From Raillietiella orientalis (taxonomy: Eukaryota): a stretch of 64,000 nt of DNA. The position numbers were made by a program, and so were the translations under genes. Of this stretch, positions 53,331 through 64,000 are shown one piece after another (positions within the stretch are counted from its first letter, which is position 1; the number at the start of each line of letters is the position of its first letter). Location: contig JAYWIR010000007.1 in the NCBI GenBank assembly GCA_036172245.1, forward strand, positions 248,001 to 312,000, in the 5' to 3' direction. Under the pieces are notes generated by a model, which did not search any database, was not told the DNA's origin, and worked only from the letters and a program-made list of their open reading frames with translations.

Positions 53331-55257
53331 CTATGACTGCATCAACAACAAATTGGTGGCTCTTTCCAGATTGTGATTAGAAATGAGTAATGCTTGCACA
53401 ACAAGATTACGATTAAAGCCCATATCAACTAAAGTCTGCACATGATCTTCATTAATATCTACAAGTAATTATCGGTTAGCAGAATAAATACCAATGATGC
53501 TGATATTACTAATGTCCAATGCTGCTGGCATGTAGCTTTGATCTTCATTCACTGCTGCTGTGCTAAAGTCATTAACAGGATGAGTATCATTTGTAGGGAC
53601 CTCATTATTTAAGTTCTCCTGGAAACATAAACTTGTGCTGTGAGATACTCAGCTTCTGTACTTACTGCATGAGTTCGAGATTGTGTTTCTAGAGCTCTGG
53701 AGAGGAGCATTTGCTGCTCTAAAAGTTCCATCTGTTGTTGTCGCTGAATTTCTAGTGTAGCTCCTAAAGGAATGCCCATATCATAAGGAGGTGCTGATTG
53801 TAAAATTTTTCCCAAAGTTGCAGAAGAAAGGTTTACAAGAGCCTCAGGTATTTTAAACCATTTTTTTATTTGCAGTAGATTAAACCTGTAACACAGACCA
53901 GCAATCTGTGTATTTTGTTATTATGAATAATGTCCTAATAAAAGAGAAACACTTACTAAACCACAAGCAGCAGTTATGGCTGTAGATATTCTGGTGCTGC
54001 AAATTTGCAATCCTATTAAGTAAGTGAGTGTCTTCCCAGTAACTGGCACACCCATAATATATGTTTGAGTTACTCTTGGAATGTCGAAAAAGTAGTTTAT
54101 AAATTGAGGAAAAATTAAACAATACCTACAAAAATGAGATGTTTGACAGAAAGGATTGCACACTTACGGGCCTGCAGAGATTACCATACTGCTGAGAATA
54201 TCTTTATTAAATGCATACAGTAGCCAGATAGCTGTAATTTCCAACAGAATAGCAATAACTCCAGTTGCAAAAAGGTATGATGCAAACTGAATAGATCCAT
54301 ATCTTCTCTCAAAAATTCTAAATGTGTTTTTAAGAAATGGAAAAAAAACTGTAAGTATGAATATTCACATTACCTAAAATAGTATATCAACAAAGCACCG
54401 CAAAATAAATCTTTCGTGTTTAAAAACATACATCTGCAAGTAATTAGTTTCCATATCTGTAAAACAAAAACAAAATTGTATTGAAACAGATCAGTTACCC
54501 AACTGGGAATATGAACTTACATATGATGTATGTAATAAAATTAAATTAAAGATACTCAAAATGAAAATATGCTCTCAAATACAATTCAGTCATGAAATGA
54601 AAGGAGTCCAAACATTCAAGGATTAAAATTGCAGTTTCCAGAAGCTGTTGATTAATTTTCTGGCATTAATGGCTACTTGATGTAAGTAGCATTTATGTGA
54701 TCAAAATGATGATTAATTATTGAAAAGTTCATAAGAAAATTCGTGTATTTATAAAGGCATTCATAAATGTCATTATATGTACTATAAAAAGGATGAAACT
54801 TGGCTTCTATGCTAACCTCATGATGCAGCACCAAATCTTCTACTGTGCAATGCAAGTACTGCCTCAGGTGTGCAAATAAGGGCAAGTGTGTTGCTGTGCA
54901 AGTTAAAAACATGCATCCTAATAGTCCTTTAGATACAGGTGCTTTATCTAAAACAAAACAAACATATTTGCGACACACGTTAGACCTTGAACTTATGACA
55001 AATAAGATTTCCTATAACATTTTCGGGTTGAGACTTATAAAACTTAATTTTTGTGTCAAAACTTCGATCTCCTAAGGTGCCTTTGTAAGCTGGAGCTTAC
55101 AAACTACGTACACCTACTCACTGGGTAGTTTCCAACTCTACTCGACTATGTAAAGTGCATTACCCAAAATTTTAATTCAGTGTCTAACAAAGTTTTCCAC
55201 TGGGCAAGTATACTTACAAAAACCTGTAGTACTGTACTGAGATAATACGGCGGCCAT
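53331..55257 (-). CDS. UBAC2: UBA domain-containing protein 2 (rhomboid pseudoprotease + UBA); exons 55257-55218, 54947-54817, 54456-54374, 54317-54168, 54125-53957, 53905-53666, 53618-53510, 53458-53331
   Basis: The spliced product contains GFYKAPVSKGL, IWKLI...LLIYYFRIFERRYGS.QFASYL, GATLEIQRQQQMELLEQQ and the UBA domain EDHVQTLVDMGFNRNLVVQALLISNHNLERATNLLL. All introns are GT-AG and phase-compatible. An alternative in-frame ATG lies at 55263. Confidence 0.95.
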
Positions 55258-56202
55258 GCCCATTCACCACTTGAGTTTTTCACATAATGCAATTGATAAT
55301 GAGCTCATCAACACATTAAAGCATAACTTAATACTTCTAAACTGGCGACAATTGCCTTCTTGTATTATATATCCCCTAAAACGTTCACCCAAATAAAAAA
55401 AAAAAAAAACAAGCTCGCCGGGAATTTTTCGGAATAAGCGACACTTAAGCGTGGAAAACCTTCTTAAAAAAGTAAAAAAAAAAAAACGTTCACAATCGGA
55501 AGGGGCATTTGTAAGGGCATTTCATTGAGTAGCACAATTAGATTTTGTTCACGGTGCCTAACTTGTCACACACAACTATGGATGTACCTGCAGGATCCCC
55601 ACACGTATTTATATCACTTTCACAAAAAAAAAAAGGGTAACAAAACACCAAAAGACTGGGCAGTGAAGTGAAGGGGTCTATTCCATAATCTTTATCTTTA
55701 TATGCTTCAAGTAATTAATTTCGTGGTGCGAAATATGCAAAGTGAGTTCAAGTCGAAACGAACTTGCTTTAAGTTTCGAAAACGGAATTTCTATGAATCC
55801 AGAGGTGATCATAATGCTATGGCGTCTTTTTACTTTTTGTTTGCTTCCAACTACAGCCGTGACAGAAACAAGAGAATAAATGAGCACTCGATTCTCTATT
55901 CTTTTTTGAGACATCACAAACAGTAAATTTACTGATATGAACCCAGACTTCTCTAAAATGCATGTGACTACTTCCAACTTTTGTCGGGTCTCATAGGTGA
56001 ATAAAATGCAACTCTGAAACCCTTAATAGGGAAATACTTTTGACTAAAACTTGTGTCTGCTTAATTATTCCATGATAAAACAAGATGACTGCAATGAGGG
56101 TTAACGTGGCTTTTCTGATTTAATGATTTCTCGCAAAAACGTAAGGGCATAGCGTAAAACAAATACATACAAGTTATTCTCTCTGGAATGGCAACCTGAT
56201 TG

Positions 56203-57720
56203 TTAATGACATCTTCTGCTTCTCCTTCCTCTGCTTCCCCTCACTAGAGTGCAGCCAGCGTTGCAGTCCTCTGGGTTGCCTCCGTTGGACGCAAGAACCT
56301 CCAGGGCCCTTTGCACCCTTGCTAAAGGCTCCTTTTTGGCGATTGCGGCCAGGAGCGGAATTGCCACATTCGCCTTTTGCACCTCCTTACCGGAAGGCGC
56401 GGGCAAAGTGGCGGGATTCTTCGGAGTCGCGCGAGGCTTTGCAGTCTTTCCCCCGGCTTGGCTCGCCGCGTGTGGAGAGGTGCACGACCTCTCGATGGTG
56501 GCCCGAGCCGATCTCCCGCGCTAACCACCGGCGTTCCGTTCCGGAGCGGGGGCGGACGCGGACGGCTCTACAGCCTATGCCTGGATGTTTTTCTCAGGCT
56601 ACGTCGCGCGCTCACGCCTGCTGTTGGCAGCGTCAAGTGGCTTTTTGCCCTTCTGCGCGGACTTTTGGGGGGTGTTGTCCCCAGAAACGCCCGCGCGATC
56701 GGTTTTGGGCGCACGTTTTCGCTGCGGAGCAACGTTGGCGCCGGATTTCTCGCCCGACGACTGGGCTGTTGCATTCGGCGCGGACGGCGAGATTTCTCGC
56801 CCGCCTTTTCCTTTGAAGCTCGGCACACTCACTGATTGAGTGGCCGAGCATCTTGCAATAGCGGCAACTGCGGGTGGGGCACTTCCGCGGACGGTGGTCC
56901 TCCTTGCCGCAGCACCCCGCATGCCGGTGGATGAACCCCCCATGCTGGCCGGCAAACCGTAGAAACACGACGTCGTCACCAAGCTGGATCTGCGAAGGCA
57001 ACAGCCTCCGGTTCTCCATGGTGACGCGCGCCGTGGCAGTCCGCAAGGGAGGCACGAAACCTTCTTCACCGGGTTCGTGCGCCTTCACAACGCGTGCACG
57101 GTGGCGAACGCCTCCAGTGCGCTGATCAAATCGCGGTCGGCGATTCCCGGCCGAATGGCCGAGAGTTGGACCGCGAACGACTGGTCCAGGGCCGAGGGGA
57201 CTACCTCCTTACCCCTGATCTTCAGAGGGGTTCGGAGCAGGTGCTGGACGAGGGCTGCATCCCTGCAGTGAACTTTCCAATGCCCGAGCGCGCTCACTGG
57301 CATTAAAGCCAGGAGGTCGAACTCGCGGACCCCGACGCGTTCCAGCTCGCTCCAGAGCTGGTCTTCCTCCCCGTCCGAGTACAAGGCACTTATCTTGTAG
57401 CAGAGCGCGGGCTTGTAGCCTTCAGCTACGTATGCTCGCAGTTCTACCTCGTAGGGGGGCGTGCCATTCGCCGCCGCTGCCTTAGCAACGGCGGCAAAAC
57501 TTCTCACCGGAGGCGAGGCACGACCGGTGGAGTACTGCAAGCCTCCCGAAGAGGGTCCAAGGCAGAGTGCTTCCTCCAGCTCCATCACGGTTGGGGTTAC
57601 CTTCATTTTCCGAAGACAAAAACCACACAACACACAGAAGCATCCGAAAAAACTCCTGGAAGCAGCCATGTTGCTCTCCCCACGGAGAGCAACATGGCTG
57701 CTCTCCGAGCACGTCCGAGC
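56203..57720 (-). mobile_element. Tx1-like element 5' part (5' UTR and ORF1 with CCHC knuckle), truncated; copy I
   Basis: GYKPALCYK..LWSELERV..LMPVSALGHW.VHC..LLRTPLKIRGKEVVP is clearly homologous to 3013..3480. It also has KCPTRSCRYCKMLGHSISEC. Confidence 0.85.
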
Positions 57721-59293
57721 AGTAGGAGGGGGGCGGCTGATGACATCTTCAAATTTTTCATTCGAGTTTTCTTCATGGTGCTTATGAGCTGTTCCAAGCA
57801 CTAAATCTCTAAAAATATGCTGGAATTGCATCCTCATAACCAGACGTTGTTCTATGAGATCACGCTGGAGACATCGAGCGAGATTCCTGTATCTCCTTCC
57901 TCTTAGGGATTGATTCTTTTCATAACGAAACGTGAAGTGGAAGCTCTTCCACGAACCAGCTATTAATGAGGCAATAATCTCTATTTTTCTTTCCTTTTTT
58001 CGCTTTATTTGTTTAACAGTATTTATTGCTTTTAGAAGTATAATAAGCTACTATTTGAAAAAGCTCTTTGGACATCAAGAGTTCAAGAAGATTCGGAGGC
58101 TTCGTGAAGATATAATAGCTGCATTGCATAGAACAGTGCAAGAAATTCCGGGCGCTTACATCTTGATCTTCCATTATCAAAAAGGTGACATAGACAAACA
58201 TTATGGAATGCTTGGAGTGATAGTAACCAACTGTGAAAAATTTCAAAGTAGATCATCTCCAGAAATTTCTTTTTACAATCCATTGTGCAGAACGACAGCA
58301 TTTAGAACGCAAGAGGCTTCATGATTTCGTGTGGATGAAATTCAAAAGTGTTCTTGAACTTGCCTTTCCATAACTTACAGTATGACTAACCACTTGTAGA
58401 CTTCCGCGTGATCTTTTGAAAAGCTCTACTGTTAACTTGAATGTCATCAATCAACTACAGTGAGAGAAAAATTCTCGCAGAAATGACTTTTCTGCTTTCT
58501 CAACCAGAGATCACAGAAGCAAAAGGTGGTTTCAAACGAAAAAGGAAAATCGTTTATTTAGAACAAAAGATGCAGGGATTTGGATGCTTGATTTCACATC
58601 CTCCGAGACCTTCGAGGCTAGAATTGAATTTTCTGGTCACGGCGGTTTCCATTGATGTCAGCTGCTGATTCTGAAAGCTTTTTTCCCCCTTGCCTTCCAG
58701 GCTCCGTGCAGCCACTTCAACCTGCTTTTCTCAAGAACTTGATAAGCAGTCCTACCACAATTCATTCATTCTCAGAACTACCATCCATACTCTAATATGG
58801 CAGAATTAATGCATTGGACTTAAAATCCACTAATAATACTTAGTAATAGCCCCACTCATATTCCAGAACTCATACTCCCCCCTAATGGAACATCTCATTA
58901 TACCTAACCAACCCATACTAAACCTCTTTCCCATTAACAATCACTACCAAATTACATACCACTACACTTTGTAGTCTTAATTTAATTGCTAGCGAATGGG
59001 TTAATTTAATGAGTAGTGAGTGGAATATAGGTCGTGCATACCGCCTTAGATTGGTTTCGAATTTCGTTTGCACATTTCGGCTTGAGAGGGATTGTGTGAA
59101 TGCAAGTGCAGTTAATCAACTCATTAATATATCTCCAAGATTTTCCGAAATTTCGGTCCAGTAGACGTCAGTTTTTCTGGAGATTAGTAGCAGTTTTGAT
59201 GACGATTGGATAGCTAAGCATTGGCAGAGATAAGATTGTCAAAGCCATTTCAGTAGAATGCATTGTTTTTACTTCATGGTCTGATTTGAAAAT

Positions 59294-59432
59294 TTGGGTT
59301 GTTTCGAGTTCTTGATGTCCTCAGGATGAAGAATGAGCATTTTGGCAATGGTAAGGGAATCAGGCTGATGCTCTTTGTTTATGGGTACTTTGGCTGTTGG
59401 GTTGTTTCGAGTTCTTGATGTCCTCAGGATGA
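59294..59432. repeat. Perfect 36-bp direct repeat pair, 67 nt apart
   Basis: TTGGGTTGTTTCGAGTTCTTGATGTCCTCAGGATGA occurs at 59294-59329 and 59397-59432. Confidence 0.9.
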
Positions 59433-59959
59433 GGACAGCAGCTTATTTTTCATACAGAATGATGTGAGAATGAGTGAGACCGAGAGGCTCAAACTCAGAA
59501 TGACCATGTTTCCCCTCGGCTGAGATCTGTGGGCAGAGACTTCGAATGCACTGTGTGAAGCGCAGAATTGCATAGAAGATTCAGATATGCAAACGGACGA
59601 ACCTAGAAGTTTCTTGAAAGCTAGAAATTCGAGCTGGAAAAAGCATTTTATCTAGAATACGGTTCAGAATTCAACACGGGTTTGCATAAGATTCATCTGA
59701 CTCTTATTCACGTTTCAGTTCGCACCAATAAATGGAAATGCAAATCGAACCACGTACGTTGCGAGAGATGATGGATATTGAGTTCAAGCACTTCTTCGAA
59801 TGATTACTTAGTAAATCACAAGTCAGAGACCTTTCATAAACTGAAGGAGCTCGTGAGGAATCAGGATTCATGTAAACTGTCACAAGAAAGCAGTGCGAAT
59901 GATTCTGCAGAACTTGATCGATTTTGATCATGCAAATCCAAAAAGCTTACTGGAAAAAA

Positions 59960-60270
59960 AAAGCCCACGTCGGAGGCCCTGTGGCTGCTACGGTCTCCGC
60001 GCGTAGCACCACCAAGCCTCCTGTGGTCGAATACTCCGAAAAGAATCGACGCAGTGCGTCGTGGGTCCGGACTTCACCCCACAAGATGACGCTGGTTGGC
60101 CTACATTCATCCAGGTGCGGCACTGGTAGCGGTTCAAACCTGATGAGGGTCGGGACCGGATTTCGATTCCTTCGGGGAAGCTGCGTCCTTCTGAATTTAG
60201 GAGGCATCCTTCTGGGTTTATTTAAAAAGGCCAGTAGCGACCCCGCGAGGAGATCGTTACTATTGGCCTA
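59960..60270 (-). mobile_element. Inverted internal fragment of the LTR-like family
   Basis: The minus strand matches 44645-44820 (translation IRFEPLPVPH..ECRPTSVI..THDAL in both). Confidence 0.65.
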
Positions 60271-60276
60271 GGATGA

Positions 60277-61297
60277 TGTTAAATCCTTGGGTTTTTTTTT
60301 TTTTCCCGGGTTTTCTTTGTTTTGGTTCGTGAAGTGAGCCTCAAGAGCCGGTCGCGTGCCTCGCGGCGTGCGTGGCCCTTTTTGAACACACTGTTTTGTT
60401 TCCACGCCTCTCCGCCTGAGGCAAGGGGGCGATGTTTTTCTTCAGGATAGGGCTATGGAGGATGAATCCAGGAAGGGCTCGGAGTCCGTTTCCTCTCTCA
60501 CCCTTGGGGGGATCGCACCTCCCACCCTGGTTGTCTCTTTCCTTATTCTCTCCGGAGGGACCCTCCCTCCCCAATGGGGAGGGGCTGTCCTCTCCATTTC
60601 AACTTCTCCGGAGGGAACCCGCAAGGGAACCGCTCCTTTATTCACTCCTCTGAAGACAACCCCGAAGGGACGCTTCCGAAACTCAGAAGGGCCGCTGCAG
60701 CTTCCCGCAGGGAATCGCTCTCGCTTGCTTCATTGCGCACACTCTGTGAAGAGGCGACGACTGGGAGGGTACCCCCGCTGAGGGGGTCCGCTCCATCGAA
60801 CAACTAGGAGAGGAGCCCCGCTTGGGCTCCTGCTCCATGTTCCTTCTCTTGCACTCTGTGAAGAGGCGACGACTCGGATGGGACCCCAGCTAAGGGGGTC
60901 CGCTCTCCGTTGCACGACCGGAGGGGGAACTCCCCACTCCTTGGATTCCTGGAAGGACCCGAAGGTCGACTTCCATTGTTCCGGCCTCCATCAGGGGCCT
61001 CCGGCTTAAACGACCACCGGTGCCACGCCCGAATGTTATCGGCCAACCAGCGCCATTGCAGGAGAAACTCGGAACCCAACGACGCAGTGGCGTCAGTTTC
61101 TGCCAGAGTATTCGATCCCGCGACGCATGGTGCCACGCGCGGAGGCCTTAACCACAAAGCCTCCGACGCGGGCGATGATTTGTGATGCTTTTGGGGCTAT
61201 ACCCAGCCTTCTTTACTGCCTTCCCACTTCGCGACTTGGGAGCCATCGTACTCTGCACCTGTGCTACGCACTTCACACCACATCACGCCCAGCAACG
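60277..61297 (+). mobile_element. About 1-kb solo-LTR-like element
   Basis: It starts TGTTAAATCCTT and ends CACGCCCAGCAACG (compare ACGCCACAACA at 27.4 kb). The flanks ATGA and ATCA may be a diverged 4-bp TSD. It is colinear with 44174-44970 and has an internal duplication of CACTCTGTGAAGAGGCGACGACT. Confidence 0.55.
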
Positions 61298-61299
61298 AT

Positions 61300-61714
61300 C
61301 AGAAGGAGTTCAGAGGTTCTCTTCAGAGGAGTAAAAACAGAAGCGGATCCCTTCCGGGGGACCCCTCCGGAGAGGAAATTCCAGGATCAGACCCTTTCCG
61401 GGTTCCCTTCAGAGAAGAAGGAATGGAGCCGATTCCCCGGGAGTCCTCTGGAGAGAATAAGGCAAGAGAGGCAGGAGAGAATGAGGAAGGAGATTCCTTT
61501 CGAGGTTCCCCTTCGGAAACAACCAGGGTGGAGATGATCTCCATTTCCGGGGATCCTCCCCAGGTGTGAGAGGAACGAACTCCGAGTCCTTCCTGGATTC
61601 ATAGGGCGGACCCCCATCCCGGGGTGCCCCCTATCCTGAACAATTACCCACCCTTGGGTGGCGTGGAACCGTGTCGAAGAACTGTGAAGACAGAAAAGAA
61701 GGATTTCCATAACA
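61300..61714 (-). mobile_element. 5' part of another copy of the LTR-like family, inverted
   Basis: The minus strand starts TGTTATGGAAATCCTTC and aligns to 44174-44440 and 60440-60660. Confidence 0.65.
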
Positions 61715-64000
61715 GTACACACGTGTATTGAATAATGATAATAGCAATGCACACAATGATTTTAAAAATTAATTGCCATTATACAATGATGCTATACTCT
61801 TCCTAGGAATGATTAAAGGTTCAATTTAATTTCCCATCGAAAAAGGTCTTAAGAATGCACAACTGAAACGAGTATTCGATTTTAGAATGCTTAAATGTGA
61901 TAATACGTGTTGGGTATCTCAGTCTTAGGTTTCATAAACGGTAAGTGAACCGTTGCACTCATCATCCTCTTTAAAAAACAGCAAATAGACTATCCAGGAA
62001 TTACCCCTACTAATTCTGTAAATTCACCCGTTGGTAGGTTGCCTGTTGAGCCTCTTTGGTTTAAGAAACCTCTGCTCCATGTTGTATGCAGATCTCTTTG
62101 GCTTTTTTCATTTTAGGAATCTTTCACACTTTGGTTACCTCTCAAACTATGTGCAATTATTTGTTCTAATGTTTTCTTTCTTCAGTCCTTTATTGGAAAT
62201 ACATTTGCAAAACATTTTAGGTGTTACAGGACTGCTGCTGGATCACAAATTCAACTTTGCTTCTGCTGCTGGAGCTGCATAGTGCCTTCCTAACGGCGGC
62301 GGTCTGCAGCAGCTTCCCATTTTACTCATCGTCCGAATACTGGTCCAGCAGCTGATCAGTGCTACGTGTGGATCCATTGATCACTGAACCGCAAGCATCT
62401 ATAAAATCATATTCAAAGTTGAAAGCACTTAGGAAGGGAAGAAGGTTTAAGTCCTTAGAGAACGGTCAAGGGCTTGGATCCGAGAACGTGTCAGTCTCAC
62501 GTTGCTTGTACACTTTTTAGAAACCTTTTGACGCATCCGCTGCCTCCTACTTAGCTCCCACTTTAGTAGAAACTCTCGTTCATAAATACAATGATGAACA
62601 AGTGCAAAATTCACTGTAGACCTCGTTGTGAATTGAAAATCAGCGTGTACATACTTTTCTTTTGGTAAGAATTCAGCGAAAACGCAACTTGGAATGCCCG
62701 ATGGCAAAGATGTACGGAACTTGGAGCGAAGGATGGTGCCTATCCCTATAAAAATCCCTACGTTCAATTTGGAACTGAAGAAAGAACACAGTGAGACCGG
62801 CTTGGATATTTACTCGATACATTCGTTTTGAGAAAAGTCACTTTCTCAAAACCACGTGGAAGGAAAAAGGGAAAGTGAATTTATTCGGCGCATTCGAGTG
62901 AACGGAAATTGTGAAAGATCTCTCCAAGTTCGGAGGTTCGAAACGATCATTCGTGCTTAAATCTTTTTTTGTCGTGAACTGGGAAAGCACATCCAGCGAA
63001 GAGTTCACGCAAGCCCGAAAGATTGGGGGCGAACTTGCCTAAACAGGGTTGCCAGAAAAATTGCCTCGGAAATAATGGATTAATCCGCCCATAAGACAAT
63101 CCATCCCCCACAGTGCTCACGGTAACCTTTGTTTCCAACAAGCGGCGAAAGTATTGGGAAAGAGGTACGATTTGGCATCCTAGCAGACTGGGATGTGCCA
63201 AAATGCCTGAATCCTCCATTAATGCTATCACGGCTCCTTGTTGCTGCAGTGCCATTTCCTAGTAGCTTTAATTGAAGTTGTTCTAAAATTAAAGAATGCT
63301 ATCGAATACGTCAGTAGAATTTGAAGTGAGTGGTTCCTAGAGTCACGAGCCAATTCTTCTTGCTACGGTCGATTAAGTAAAACTTCCACTTCGTCTTTCA
63401 TTCCTAGCATTCGTCTTTCAATCTCGAAGTTGTGCTCCCTTAGGATCCCTTCTGAATCTAATTAAATCTCTATAAAGCAAAACGCCCAACTTCAAGTTAG
63501 GATTCCACAAATGTTCAGAACCATCTAGAAGGGATTTAGCAGGCAACGCTTGCATGTGTGTAAAAGTCAGTTTTGCGTATAGTTTAATTTTCTTGCTCCC
63601 GTGGGGATATCACATCCAGAAACAAATATTTGGATAGCTCATTTCTCGAAATTTCAGCCTAACTAAATGACAATTTATTCAGAAGGGAATCATTCCTTTA
63701 TTGAAATTCTTTATGAGAAATACTGATTTTATTTCATTCGATTCTTTTGATTCTTGCAGTTAATTTCCTTCTAAGAATCATCACTTCAAGAATTTAGTCG
63801 AAGAAATATCATCTCGAGGTACATTCCACACGCCTTATTTTATGAATAGAGAAACGCGAATTGCTTCTCGGTTTGAATACTCTATGAGATGTCTATTCTC
63901 TTAAAGATTAAAAACGGTCAACATAAAACCGAAACACATAAATCCGAAACACGACAGAAATTACTCCCTTCTATTCCCTGAATATTTTCCGAATCTCTTC

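Noticed and set aside
53459..53491. 33-nt UBAC2 intron using the GTATTT donor
   Set aside because: The same-phase GTAATA donor gives a 51-nt intron that fits the local size class better; the shorter one is not excluded.
57932..58324. RecQ helicase start (LKKLFGHQEF)
   Set aside because: No Walker A (TGxGKS) or other helicase motif follows.
59294..59432. CRISPR array (36-bp repeats)
   Set aside because: Only two units, a 67-nt spacer, no cas genes, and a eukaryotic context.
62947..63255. K+ channel pore (VSTVGDG)
   Set aside because: It lacks GYG/GFG and flanking transmembrane helices.

Overview
Eukaryotic, probably arthropod, genomic DNA; the H2B N-terminal tail is arthropod-like and the introns are very short GT-AG introns of 42-58 nt. 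Two AT-rich islands hold intact genes: TMEM18 (+, about 29.5-32.5 kb, with a candidate first exon at 26.7 kb) and a convergent pair, a torsin-family AAA+ gene (+) and UBAC2 (-), whose stop codons are only 24 nt apart. The rest is mostly GC-richer decayed transposon and pseudogene sequence. It holds about ten fragments of L1/Tx1-clade LINEs, a complete but dead hAT (Buster/Charlie-type) transposon with TIRs and TSD, a family of LTR-like repeats, a CDKL-kinase pseudogene, and a histone H2B gene split by a Tx1 insertion. The most coherent signal not explained by standard annotation is the Tx1-like family. Seven otherwise divergent copies end in the same terminus, AATAAA + CCCGG-loop-CCGGG hairpin + GTG + at most a few A's. 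Three have readable 12-15 bp TSDs, including one nested in another copy's 3' UTR and one inside H2B. All calls come from reading motifs by eye; no database search was run.
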